Below are positions 1-9,938 of a stretch of 64,000 nucleotides of DNA, one piece after another. Within the stretch, counting starts at the first letter, position 1; every line of letters begins with the position of its first letter. The notes under the pieces are model-generated. The model saw only the letters and a program-made list of their open reading frames with translations. It was not told the DNA's origin and did not search any database. The position numbers were made by a program, and so were the translations under genes. Source of the stretch: Candidatus Bathyarchaeota archaeon (GTDB taxonomy: Archaea; Thermoproteota; Bathyarchaeia; Bathyarchaeales; Bathyarchaeaceae); the NCBI GenBank assembly GCA_963806645.1, contig CAWDYQ010000005.1, forward strand, positions 79,778-143,777. The letters run 5' to 3'.

Positions 1-276
1 TCCGATCGTTTGGTTCCATTGCATATTCCCTTGTTCATCAGTCTTAACCAACCAAAAATATCTTTTAGAGTATTCATTAAAATCAGGTATTATGTGGCCA
101 CCTAAAGCGTATCCTCCATCAGCTACCTCTACCACTGCCCAAGCCTTTTCAGTACCTGTGCCTCCATAATTTTTGGTCCACATCACCGAATTTTTTAGGG
201 ACATCAAATATAATAAATAAAAACTAAGTAAAACAGAAATTATCATAAATAGAATAATCTGTTTTTTATAACGCAT
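1..276 (-). CDS. 5' part of a secreted or membrane-anchored protein (runs off the window start)
   Basis: ATG at 276-274 follows a GGGGAG SD-like box. My translation MRYKKQIILFMIISVLLSFYLLYLMS... has a basic N-terminus and a hydrophobic anchor. The frame stays open to position 1 (...VADGGYALGGHIIPDF...). It is absent from the ORF track because no stop lies inside the window. Confidence 0.5.
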   Translation of the reverse strand, partial: MRYKKQIILFMIISVLLSFYLLYLMSLKNSVMWTKNYGGTGTEKAWAVVEVADGGYALGGHIIPDFNEYSKRYFWLVKTDEQGNMQWNQTIG

Positions 277-357
277 TAATCTCCCCTAAAATATGTTTTA
301 TGTTTCTTGCTTAAACGTGTTTTTCTCAAGAACCTTTAACCAGTAAACATGATTAAA

Positions 358-586
358 CTATCGATGAGAAGGCAGAACAACGAGTTTGACAGTTGTTATT
401 TGTTCTCCAATTCCGTCTACAGTTTGGACATAAACAAAAGTGTAAGTGTCTGCTGCCTCTATTTTAACAAATTCTGTAATTGGATTTTGCTCCCTAAAAA
501 CTCCCCTTTTATTAATTATTTCATGTTCCCAAAAATTTTTAGTAGAAGTTTTGTCATAGATAGACCAAACAAGAAGTGAGTTTCAT
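358..586 (-). CDS. small beta-rich hypothetical protein, frame broken near its start
   Basis: The minus frame reads ...WSIYDKTSTKNFWEHEIINKRGVFREQNPITEFVKIEAADTYTFVYVQTVDGIGEQITTVKLVVLPSHR*. This looks protein-like but has no in-frame start. An ATG at 586-584 is 1 nt out of frame. Track ORF 349..579(+) looks like its antisense shadow. Confidence 0.3.
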
Positions 587-651
587 GGTTTTTTAGATTG
601 CTCTTTCTCAGAAAGATTAACCAAAAACAAATTTGATATGAGGAAAAGGAA

Positions 652-903
652 ATGGGTGGATTTGGGTGGGAATTGGACAAAAATCATAAACATTATCATT
701 CAAACATGATTTTTATGTATTTTACTTCTGGAGTATTGTTTTTATTTTTTGTAAACTATTTCATTAATATTTCTGTGTTTCTTGCTATTCTCTCCTTTTT
801 GCTGAGTTCTTTATCTTTTGTATATGCAGTTTATCACATTAAAAAACAAATAAAGAAAGACCGACTAAAAAAAGAAAACAAAAGTAATACTAAAAACACC
901 TAG
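652..903 (+). CDS. small membrane protein (two hydrophobic helices, Lys-rich tail)
   Basis: Track ORF with a purine-rich AGGAAAAGGA box just upstream of the ATG. Contains long hydrophobic segments FMYFTSGVLFLFFVNYFI and VFLAILSFLLSSLSFVYAV. Confidence 0.4.
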   Translation: MGGFGWELDKNHKHYHSNMIFMYFTSGVLFLFFVNYFINISVFLAILSFLLSSLSFVYAVYHIKKQIKKDRLKKENKSNTKNT

Positions 904-910
904 ATAGGAA

Positions 911-1369
911 TTGAACCATTATAGAGCCCTAACTTCACGATTCCCAAATGGAGTTCCTGTAGTAGCTGATCAGTACATGAGCGATTGGATGCTTTATGTG
1001 TATAAGCAGTTTCCAAGACCTTCCGATGCAGTTGGTGTCCCAGTAAAGATCCAGATAGTTGATCCAGAAGGTGTTTATGCTTGGATTGGAACAGCAACAA
1101 GTGACGCATATGGTAACTATGCATATCCATTTGCACCTCAAAAGGAAGGACAATACACAATAATCGCAACTTTCGATGGATCTGACTCATACTATGGTGC
1201 ACAAGCAACAGATTACCTCTTAGTTGGTCCAGCTTCAACACCTACAAGCCCAATAACACCAGAAACCCCAGCTTCACCGCTAATCACAACTGAAGTAGCT
1301 TTAGTTCTAGTTGCAGCAATTGCCGCAATCGTCATAGTGGCCTTCTTGGCGCTAAGAAAACGAAAATAA
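911..1369 (+). CDS. C-terminal fragment of a cell-surface protein (beta-sandwich, Pro/Thr linker, TM anchor, RKRK tail)
   Basis: TTG-started track ORF with stops immediately upstream and no signal peptide. GVPVKIQIVDPEGVYAWIGTATSDAYGNYAYPF...GQYTIIATFDGSDSYYG resembles a CarboxypepD_reg/Ig-like fold. It is followed by TPTSPITPETPASP, a hydrophobic helix and LRKRK. Confidence 0.5.
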   Translation: MNHYRALTSRFPNGVPVVADQYMSDWMLYVYKQFPRPSDAVGVPVKIQIVDPEGVYAWIGTATSDAYGNYAYPFAPQKEGQYTIIATFDGSDSYYGAQATDYLLVGPASTPTSPITPETPASPLITTEVALVLVAAIAAIVIVAFLALRKRK

Positions 1370-1617
1370 ACTAAACAATTTTCCTCCCTCTTTTTTTGGG
1401 AGTAAAAATATCGAAAGAAAACTGGGGCTGAAAAGGCTACTGGCATGTCAAATGAAAATTACCACTGCGATAGTATATGCTGCTGGGTTTTTCATTTTTC
1501 ATTCCTAAATATGCCCCTGCTAGTACCTCAGCAAACCCCAATTCTTTCTCATAAAAATTTGCTAAATAATTATTTGCTAATTATTTGCCATTCTTCTATT
1601 AGTCATAAAATTTAATT

Positions 1618-1628
1618 AAAAAAAGGGG
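1618..1628 (-). terminator. oligo-T termination signal (CCCC-T7 on the minus strand)
   Basis: The forward strand reads A7G4, so the minus strand reads CCCCTTTTTTT. It lies about 70 nt downstream of the stop of the 1699..2322 minus-strand gene pair. Archaeal terminators are oligo-T runs. Confidence 0.35.
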
Positions 1629-1698
1629 AAAAAGGGCTACTAGTAGAAACGCAAATACAAACAAAACCCGAAAACAGAATCAGCATAACTACTAAGCT

Positions 1699-1968
1699 TT
1701 ATCCAATTAACAAAACAGGGCTCTTAGATTCTCTGAAAAAATCTAATCCTTTTGAAGTTATTAAATACAAAGAATCATCTTTGCACGAATTCTTCTGAAT
1801 TACAAACCCTTTTCGATTAAGTTTATCTAACAATTTCTTCAATTTATTGCAATTAATATTGGCAATACAAGATATGTTGGTTATTTTTAAGGGACCATTA
1901 AAAATTAGTGATCCCAAAATTTCCTGTTCTATCGCACAACTATTTCTTCTCACCATCATTTTCCACAA
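1699..1968 (-). CDS. small winged-helix-like DNA-binding protein
   Basis: 89-aa track ORF. The pattern EILGSLIFNGPLKITNISCIANINCNKLKKLLDKLNRKGFVIQ...LYLITSKGLDF resembles a small archaeal wHTH. It abuts the upstream gene (1969) with no gap. Confidence 0.45.
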   Translation of the reverse strand: MWKMMVRRNSCAIEQEILGSLIFNGPLKITNISCIANINCNKLKKLLDKLNRKGFVIQKNSCKDDSLYLITSKGLDFFRESKSPVLLIG

Positions 1969-2322
1969 TTATTTCTTGTTATCATTATGATATTTCATAC
2001 AATCATTCATTTTTTCACAATCTAGACATTGTATTGGAATTACGGAATCACCAAAATGATCAGCTAAATAACCTAAATGGCGAGGACAATTAGAAACAAT
2101 CTCTTCCTCTAAAGGCGTAACACACGGTGTTTCCTCGTCAACCATTTTTTCAATCTTCTTTAGCGAACTTGTTATAATGGGGTCCAACTTGAAAAAACAA
2201 AAGGGACATCCATAAAATTTTTCAGGTGGTTTTTTCGAATTATCATCTATAACAATTAGATTTTCAAAAGCTTTTTCACAAATCGGATTTGGACAGATGC
2301 TCATTTCAACTTTTTTCATCAT
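1969..2322 (-). CDS. Cys-rich zinc-ribbon protein with a C-terminal Cys/His module
   Basis: N-terminal CPNPIC...CPFC ribbon. C-terminal CPRHLGYLADHFGDSVIPIQCLDCEKMNDCM (nt 1996-2088) has the same 31-aa spacing as the C-terminus of ORF 19758..20321. Confidence 0.55.
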   Translation of the reverse strand: MMKKVEMSICPNPICEKAFENLIVIDDNSKKPPEKFYGCPFCFFKLDPIITSSLKKIEKMVDEETPCVTPLEEEIVSNCPRHLGYLADHFGDSVIPIQCLDCEKMNDCMKYHNDNKK

Positions 2323-2926
2323 TTTCCCATAATCCCCATGTATTCAATTTTTAACTATTTGGTTTAGATGACTGCGATAATGGTATTTTGCGATATGACT
2401 TCATAATCATTAACTGAAGTATTAAGACTTAATATATATTAGTTCGGGCTATTTTAATTTATCTATATCTTAGAAATAAACTACTAAACTCATCTGATAA
2501 CATATCAAAATTCGCCATGAGCAAAATTGAACCTTTATTTTCTTATGCATATCAAACCAAAAAATAGACAAATATTCTTTGTTTAAAAATATCCTCAAGA
2601 GTATTGGGGGTTAAAATTTAATCCCTTAAAAAAAGGGGAGTTTAGAACTGTAACCAAATGATGAATTAATTTAGCTTGTAGTTTAATAGACCTATGTTAT
2701 TATGTCTTAAAAAAAGGGAAGTTGGAGTTAAGGGTAACCTAGATACTTTTAGTGTGAAAATCTGTAACCACAGTCTCGGCAAAAATATCGCTGAATTTCA
2801 CCGTTTTGCGTGTAACGTATTCCGTCCTTCCAGTTTCTTTTACTGTTGCATTCGGGACACTTTATTTCTTTAATTTCCGTTATATTCATTTTTTTCAACT
2901 CCTGATATATTTTATTTTTTTCCCAC

Positions 2927-2940
2927 AAAAAAAGGGGGGG
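2927..2940 (-). terminator. C7-T7 oligo-T signal downstream of the MFS gene
   Basis: The forward strand reads A7G7, so the minus strand reads CCCCCCCTTTTTTT. It lies about 180 nt after the MFS stop at 3123. Confidence 0.3.
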
Positions 2941-3122
2941 AATTTGCGGGAGCCCTTGCCATTTTTTGTGATAATAGTTTTTACCCTTGGTAAACTCCGT
3001 TTTATCTCGTCATTTGAATCTTTTATTTTCGTTTCTTGACCTTCAGTTTTATTGAAGATTATGGATTAACGTGTTCTCGAGATCTTGGGTTTTACCTATA
3101 GTTTTGGGTTTGAGGAGTTAGA

Positions 3123-4313
3123 CTAACTCTTTTTTCTAAAGAGGAAAATTGCTGAGAAAACTAAAGCCGATAATATTAGCAGGCTTTGTGAGGTGAAATA
3201 TTGAATTATTAAACCTCCTGCTATGGGTGTAACAATTTGAGCTAGACTAATTAATGAATTATTGACTCCCAGTATGGTTGCAGTTTCTTTCTTTGTAACA
3301 CTATTAACCAATTTACTAGTTAGAATTGGTCTACAAACTCCTGTACCGTAGGCAAGAAAGATTAATGGAATAAAAACAAACAGAGAATCTATAGATAATG
3401 CAAGACTTGCCATTGAAATAACCATTGCAATAATCCCCGTTTTCATTAATTGATCCTCACTGAAGGCTTGGAGGATGCGAGCGATTAGAACTGTTTGAAT
3501 AATAACTCTTAGTATGCCAATCCAGGCCATGTAATAGCTAACCTGGGTTGCATCAACTCCAAATTGGGTTTCTGCTATCAAACTGAAATTTGAAATAAAC
3601 AAATGAAAGCCCAAACTGTAAATGAAAAACATTAACACGTTGTTTTTTATGTTGGACTGTTTTAAATAGCGTTTAACATCTTTGATGGGAATAATATTAT
3701 TAAAGCCAAGAGAAATTTTTTCTGTTTTTTTAGCTATTGTTTCAGGAAGAAACATAGCCATTATGATTGAAATTAAAGTTACAGCTGCTGCAAAGAACAT
3801 TGGGATAGAATAATTGATCTGGGAAAGCATTCCACCAATAAACGGGCCAAATATTAATCCTATACCAAACACACCACTGGAATAGCCGTAGACTCTGGTT
3901 AGATGTTTGGGTTTAGTAATGTCGCTTATGTATGCTTGGCTTACAGTCATGTTACTTCCTAGTAATCCGTCAATTAATCGGGCTGCGATTAATAGGGTGG
4001 CTGTTGTGGAAAATCCAAGTAGAAGGAAACCTGTAAATGTGCTTATTTGACTTAGGATTAATAACGGTTTTCTTCCAAAATGATCACTTAGTTTGCCTGT
4101 TATTGGGCTAGCAAATAGTTGACAGAAGCTGAACACGCTGCCGATAAGTCCTATTTGGAGATAATCTAATCCAATAGAGAGTCCTATAAATGGAATTAAC
4201 GGTATTGCAATACTGAATCCTAGGACTTCTGTGAATATTATTAGGAATATTACATAAAGTCGTTTGTCAAATACGAAATCATCTGTTTCAAGAGGTTTTT
4301 CTTTATGTTTCAA
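3123..4313 (-). CDS. MFS transporter (drug/H+ antiporter-like, 12 TM)
   Basis: 396 aa and hydrophobic throughout. Carries the MFS motif A-like GKLSDHFGRKPLL after TM2. Confidence 0.85.
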   Translation of the reverse strand: MKHKEKPLETDDFVFDKRLYVIFLIIFTEVLGFSIAIPLIPFIGLSIGLDYLQIGLIGSVFSFCQLFASPITGKLSDHFGRKPLLILSQISTFTGFLLLGFSTTATLLIAARLIDGLLGSNMTVSQAYISDITKPKHLTRVYGYSSGVFGIGLIFGPFIGGMLSQINYSIPMFFAAAVTLISIIMAMFLPETIAKKTEKISLGFNNIIPIKDVKRYLKQSNIKNNVLMFFIYSLGFHLFISNFSLIAETQFGVDATQVSYYMAWIGILRVIIQTVLIARILQAFSEDQLMKTGIIAMVISMASLALSIDSLFVFIPLIFLAYGTGVCRPILTSKLVNSVTKKETATILGVNNSLISLAQIVTPIAGGLIIQYFTSQSLLILSALVFSAIFLFRKKS

Positions 4314-4700
4314 TAAATCTGCCTCATGATTTATCAGTATTGTTTCTAGTCCTTTCCGATACAGTGGTTGTAATTATGTACATAATGTTAAGTTCTTAGG
4401 TTTTCTAAAAAGTGAATGTTCAAATTCTTTTTTTATCAAACGCTTAGGATCTTAAATATATTTACGATTGATGTTGTTGTAAATGGTAAAATCGACGGCG
4501 CCACAACAACTTTCATTTTGGGTATGTTTTTTTCTTGTGCAATTTTAAATGTTACTGCCTAAGCAATCAGCTATAAATTGAAAAGTTTATATTTTTTTAT
4601 GAATCGAAAATACACGGTTATACTATTAAGAATATTAGACAAATGTTCTTCAAATTATTATGACTACGGTTTAGTAATTAAGTTGTAATTTTTAATGCAA

Positions 4701-5852
4701 TTAGGTTTTGATGCGTATGACTTTTTCTAGATCAGGTTCACTTTTTTTCCGAAGCAGTTTAGGTACGTATGCACACGCTGGATCTGAGGCGAATAGGTCT
4801 CCAGTGTAGATTTCTGCTCGGGTTCTGCAACCTCCACAGATTTCCCGGTACTCGCATACTCCACATTTTCCTTTAAGGTTGCGTCTGTCTCTAAGTTTTT
4901 TGTGCAAATCATTTTTTTGCATTTCATCCCAGATTTCACTCATCGACTTACGCTTTATGTTTCCCATCCTGTAACCTTCATTAAAGCCGCAAGGACGAAT
5001 ATCACCATTTTCTAATAGTCCCATGTATCTGCTGCCAATGAAGCATTGACCCAGAAACTCGTTATTAAACCAGTAATCAAAATCTGGCATGTCTCTTTCT
5101 TTTGCGATTCTGGCAAAGAATGGACAGTAAACATTAATGCTCAGTTTTCCTTTGTATTCTTGCATCAGATCATAGATTTTGTTCATGACAACTTCATATT
5201 GTTGTGGGGTAGGAGCCAACTCTAGATGCTCTTGTGCTCTACCAACTGGAATATAATTGTGATAAACAACGCGGGTGGCGTTGTACATGTGTCCAAGTTC
5301 AGCAATATGATCAACTTCTGAGCAATTACGCTTATTTAGTGTTGTTACTATACAATCAAAAATTCCATTCTTTGACAAATTTTCTATTGCTTTGATGGCG
5401 GTTGCGTAAGAGCCTTTTCCGCGCGAGAGATCATTTGTTTCTTGTTTTCCGTCTAAGCTTACCGCGGTCATTACTTCGTTTTTTACGAGTTTGTCGAGGA
5501 TTTCTCCTTTAACATAATAACCATTTGTTATGAGGCTCACATTCATGCCTAGGCTTTTTGCGTGAGCGATAATCTCAAAAATATCTTTACGGACTAATGG
5601 TTCTCCGCCGCTTAACCCAAACCATTTTGCTCCCATTTCATGAAGTTCGTCAACTATTCGCATTCCACCTTTTGTATCAATCTCGTTTACTGCATTAGGG
5701 TTTGAAGCAAAACTGCAATACAAACAATTATAATTACAAGCTCTGGTACATCGCCATGTCATCATGTATAAGCGAGGTCGATTTCTTGTGTCGCCTTGAT
5801 TATTTTTCACTTTACTCCTTTCCATTCGTTTTTCTTGCTTTCCAACAATCAA
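4701..5852 (-). CDS. radical SAM protein with C-terminal SPASM domain (AhbD/NirJ-like)
   Basis: CNYNCLYC (CX3CX2C) cluster motif, GGEPLVRKD, and a C-terminal GKCGVCEYREICGGCRTRAEIYTGDLFASDPACAYVP auxiliary-cluster region typical of AhbD/NirJ-type enzymes. Confidence 0.85.
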   Translation of the reverse strand: MIVGKQEKRMERSKVKNNQGDTRNRPRLYMMTWRCTRACNYNCLYCSFASNPNAVNEIDTKGGMRIVDELHEMGAKWFGLSGGEPLVRKDIFEIIAHAKSLGMNVSLITNGYYVKGEILDKLVKNEVMTAVSLDGKQETNDLSRGKGSYATAIKAIENLSKNGIFDCIVTTLNKRNCSEVDHIAELGHMYNATRVVYHNYIPVGRAQEHLELAPTPQQYEVVMNKIYDLMQEYKGKLSINVYCPFFARIAKERDMPDFDYWFNNEFLGQCFIGSRYMGLLENGDIRPCGFNEGYRMGNIKRKSMSEIWDEMQKNDLHKKLRDRRNLKGKCGVCEYREICGGCRTRAEIYTGDLFASDPACAYVPKLLRKKSEPDLEKVIRIKT

Positions 5853-6162
5853 TTGATGTGGGTGTTGGAGTTTACATTTACTGGTTTTCTTGTAAGGTTC
5901 TGTTACAACATTAGTTGTGTTGTTTTATTCATATTTGCGGATGTGGACCCAAGAAAACGAAGGGGATAAAAATGAGATAAAGTTATTTTTGATGCGAAAT
6001 TGTTCATGTTGTAAACCCCAACGATTCATTTTATGCTGAATAGAGCATAAAAGGATTTTCGTAAAGGTTTCTTGACCTACAAAAAAATATTCAGTCAAAT
6101 TTTTTTGACCAAAAAAACTTTTCAGCAATTGTTATATTATGTTATAGTTTGGTAGTTACTTA

Positions 6163-7466
6163 ATGTCAAATTTAAGCAAAGAACCATATTCGATTATGTT
6201 TTCGTCTTTGAAACATCCTTCCCGTCGTAAAATTTTGAGGATGCTCGCTGAAAAGCCAAGGAATTTTTCAAAAATTGAGGAAAAACTTGGAATTTCTAGC
6301 TCTAACTTGACATACCATCTTGAAAATCTTGGAGAACTGTTGACTAAAATGGATGATGGTAGCTATAAGCTCTCAAAGTTGGGGGAAGCTGCTGTTATTA
6401 CAATGAAAGGCGTAGAAGAGTCTCCTGATATCAAGTTCACAAGTCCTTTATCGTTGCCTTTGAGATGGAAGTCGCTTTTTGCTTTTCTTATAATTGGGAT
6501 TGTTATTTTATCTGGAGTGTCTTATGTGCAATTTGCTTCTTTTAATCAGTTATCTTCAGATTTTCAACAAATCTCAACAGAATATGAACATGTATTAGCA
6601 GATAACGAAAGATTGCTTTCATGGGGTAAATCTCCCACAAAGGTATTGGCTTTTTTGAAAGACGTGATTCATCTTGATATAACAAAATATCACTCAACCT
6701 TAGCAAGTAACACAGTAGAATATCGCAATGATTTAGGTGGAATTGTTGAGGAGCTTTTTAAATACACTCTTAATTATGAAGGAAGTACAGTTGATGTAAC
6801 TCTCAGGTTTAGAAATAATGAATTATCTAGATTTTATCTTTACGTGCTTGAGGGAACACCAATTTATTCTCAACTACAGCCAACTAATGTACTTGATGTT
6901 TCTAAGGGTATTATTGAAAGATACTACGAGTATTCTGGAGCATCATATTTGGAAGATATAAAAAACATTCTGATTAACGTTGATGAACCAGGAGATTTTG
7001 AAACAAACTCCGGTAATGTCAAGATTATTCGATCTGCTGAAGGAAATAATGTGAAAATCGAGTGTTTTTACATCGAAAATAATATTGACTTTAAATCAAA
7101 AAGTGTGGTCTTGAGCTTTGATAGCTACGGTTTTTTGGAGGTTCTAAATGACGATTGGACTATTTTTACAGTTGGGAGCACTGAAGTTAATATTTCCAAG
7201 GAGGAAGCAATAACCATTGCAATGGATTATGCTAGTGATTTCTCATGGGTTGCAAACGGTTTTAGGGTAAGCAATTTCACTGTAGTTTCTGACCCGTTAC
7301 AGCAGAATTATGGCCACATGCTAGAGAAGAACCTTTAGAGTTGATTCCATATTGGTATGTTACTTTGTATCTTGATAGAGTTTATCCTGAAAGGGTTGAC
7401 CGTCTCGCCGTTGGATTATGGGCAGACACCGGAAAGGTCAGCACATGTCAAACATTAAGTTGGTAA
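6163..7466 (+). CDS. membrane-anchored ArsR-type wHTH regulator with an extracytoplasmic domain; one frame break near 7293
   Basis: N-terminal LKHPSRRKILRMLAEKPRNFSKIEEKLGISSSNLTYHLENL is an ArsR/SmtB-like HTH, followed by one TM helix (LFAFLIIGIVILSGV). The track ORF stops at 7338. Shifting one base at gaccc-gtt continues as PVTAELWPHAREEPLELIPYWYVTLYLDRVYPERVDRLAVGLWADTGKVSTCQTLSW*, a PepSY-like tail ending at 7466. Confidence 0.7.
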
Positions 7467-7524
7467 CCGAAATCAACAAACTAACAATTGAATACTGGAA
7501 ATACCATCATGGTGGTAGGTTGTG

Positions 7525-8648
7525 CTATACTAGAAAATATAAGTTGATATATGTCTCATCAAAATTCAGATTGTCATCATATATTACGTCAAGCATTGTT
7601 CCGTGCTGCTTAAGCAATCCACCAATGTCTTTTCTTTCTTTATAGCTAATGGAGTCTGCTTCCCAAAATCCCCATATTTTGTCTTCGGGACCCCTAAAAC
7701 CGTATGCGTAACCTTTGGGAAGCACATACGCAACTCTATCTTCATTTAAGAAGTTAGGTTGAGGATTATTTTTAGAATATTCCCAAAACTGTTTTAGTGC
7801 ATCCAAGTGTTCTTGCTTAAGGATGCCTTGTGTGTAGTCTTCGTTACTGTCAAAGACTAGAATGTATTTTGCTCCATTTTGATATGCCAAAACCAAGTCA
7901 TTGTAAAGTTGCGGACCAGACTCGATGTATGGTGGATTATTGTAAGTCCATGTGATCATGGCTCCCCATTCCTTGTTTTGTATTGTAGCGGCTCCTCTAC
8001 AAAACGCAACGTTCAATTGTCTGCTGTAGTTCCATCCGAATTGTGCAAAAATTGTATCATATCCTGCTCTGTAGTCAAACCAATATAGTGCATAATCTGA
8101 AGTATATAACGGTAGGTCTCCCGCTTTAATCGGTTCATCTGTTATATGCTTTAATACATCACCCAAAATGGTAACGTATTTTTCGGCCGTATCAGTGTAA
8201 TTTTCTCCTGCCTCCTGGATTACTCGATACTGATCATTGTCTACTTGCCTTCCTCCGGGTTCATCAAAAGCATATAGTCCAACAAATTTTGTACCCCACA
8301 ATTTTTTGGCTTTTTCTACCCATTGACGTAGAACTTCAAGTGAACTTATTTCGTCAGTTGGATGCATGTAAATTAAAAAATAGAAACCTTTGTCGAAACG
8401 GCAGGTACACACTGGGTCTAGTTTAGTTACATCGTAGGTTACGCTTGGCTTCCTATCACAAACAAATTAGTGTACGGTTCAATTTCATCTACAATTCCGA
8501 CAATTTCTTCTAGATTGTAATGTGCTACAGAAATTCCAACAAACGGTTCCGGTGTTTTCTCATTGTTATTATCTAAGAAACTAAAAAATTATGCTAAATC
8601 GCAGATAATCAATAAGAAAAATGAAAGAAATAGGTATGTATGATTCAT
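7525..8648 (-). CDS. secreted protein of unknown function (possibly glycoside-hydrolase-like); N-terminal part frame-disrupted
   Basis: The 295-aa track ORF lacks an N-terminus. Upstream fragments read MNHTYLFLSFFLLIICDLA (signal-like, ATG at 8648), then FLDNNNEKTPEPFVGISVAHYNLEEIVGIVDEIEPYTNLFVIGSQ, then KPSVTYDVTKLDPVCTC in other frames. The functional guess is weak. Confidence 0.45.
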
Positions 8649-8842
8649 AATAATAAAAAACAAAACATTCAACGGATAATTAAGCGTTATTAATGCGTTT
8701 TTATATCGTATCTGAAAAACTTGCTATATTGATTAGACATTCAAGATGATTGATTAAAACTGTTTATTTTCTGGTTTTTTCGTTGTTTTTGCCATTAACA
8801 GTCGATGAAAGTCGGATTCTGATAAACAATTTATTGATCGTT

Positions 8843-9846
8843 TTAATGTAAAATGGGGAAAATGACAAATAGAGTGACAATACGAAACAATATGTAAAAC
8901 CAGAATTCTAAACCCGTTGAAAAATAGATTATGGATTGTCCAAAAACGTAATTGCTTATTAGATAATTAAAAAGTGGATCCATGAAATAAATCAAAATAC
9001 TTATTCTAGCAACCCAATTGACAAACTTGTTACTGGGAATATTCAATTCTCTTAAGATAATTAAAACTAACAAAACTGCTGACAAGCTAAAAATTATACT
9101 TCTTCCATTTGAGTAAAGCAGATACTTTAGAGCTTCGGTTGTGGTATTAAAATTAAAAAAGTTAGGACAAATCAATAGTAAATAAAGCAACTAATGGAAC
9201 CATAACTAATCCAACTCTTAATCTAGTAACCCTTTGATATATTGAGAATTTGTTAAGCCAAAACCCAGCAATAAAAATTAGGAAATATTGACTAAACACC
9301 TGACCTAGTTTCAATGAAAAATCAATTACCCATGACAATATAGTAAGAAACCATAAAGATGAAACCAACAAAAACTGCAATTTTGGATTTGGAACATATT
9401 TCTCGATAAAACAAAAAATTATCATAAAAATAAGCAAATATGGAATGAACCACAGAAAGTCCCAGTTATATGCTGAATTTAAAACATCAAAAATGTTAAA
9501 CAGCGTAATTTGAGATAACTAATTGAATTATGTTTAATTGTATCCTGCCAATTACAGATTGTAAAATAGAATAAAATATTGAAATAATTACAAAAGGAAT
9601 GTATAATGTTAATATTTTTGACTTTAAGAATTTTCGAATGCTAGATCCACGTTTATGTAATGAATTATATGCCAAAAAACCACTTACGAAGAAAAAACAG
9701 CTAACTAGGAACCATTCTGTTGGGAATATAATTTCTGGAAAAACAAAAAAAAGATCACTATGGACAAAAACTATCAAGAACAATGCTATGATTTTTAACC
9801 AATCAAATTCAATAATTCTTGCATTAGAAACTATTGATTGACCCAT
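8843..9846 (-). pseudogene. acyltransferase-3 family membrane protein split into three ORFs
   Basis: Track ORFs 9496..9846, 9162..9437 and 8843..9190 are collinear polytopic membrane pieces. The N-terminus FDWLKIIALFLIVFVHS is typical of acyltransferase 3. The frame changes twice. Confidence 0.6.
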
Positions 9847-9938
9847 ATTATACTCTAATTATTTCTTTACATAATGCTTTTGTGGACATACAATAATAGA
9901 TAACTCTCCGAAGACATAAAAAAATACATTATGATTCT

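Noticed and set aside
349-579. Track ORF 349..579(+), 76 aa.
   Set aside because: Its composition is Cys/Phe/Asn-rich and low-complexity. The opposite strand gives a much more protein-like frame, so I treat it as an antisense shadow.
2657-2663. AUGAUGA (C-box-like) in the 2323-3122 gene-free region.
   Set aside because: No CUGA D box occurs within the following 100 nt, so it is not a C/D sRNA.
4436-4516. A 26-codon minus-strand ORF (MKVVVAPSILPFTTTSIVNIFKILSV) lies between the radical SAM/SPASM gene and the MFS gene and could be a RiPP precursor. It overlaps an 8-bp inverted repeat GTTGTTGT/ACAACAAC.
   Set aside because: It has no SD, no Cys or other obvious modification targets, and a hydrophobic composition. 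The radical SAM protein looks AhbD/NirJ-like rather than like a peptide maturase. The evidence is too weak to call.
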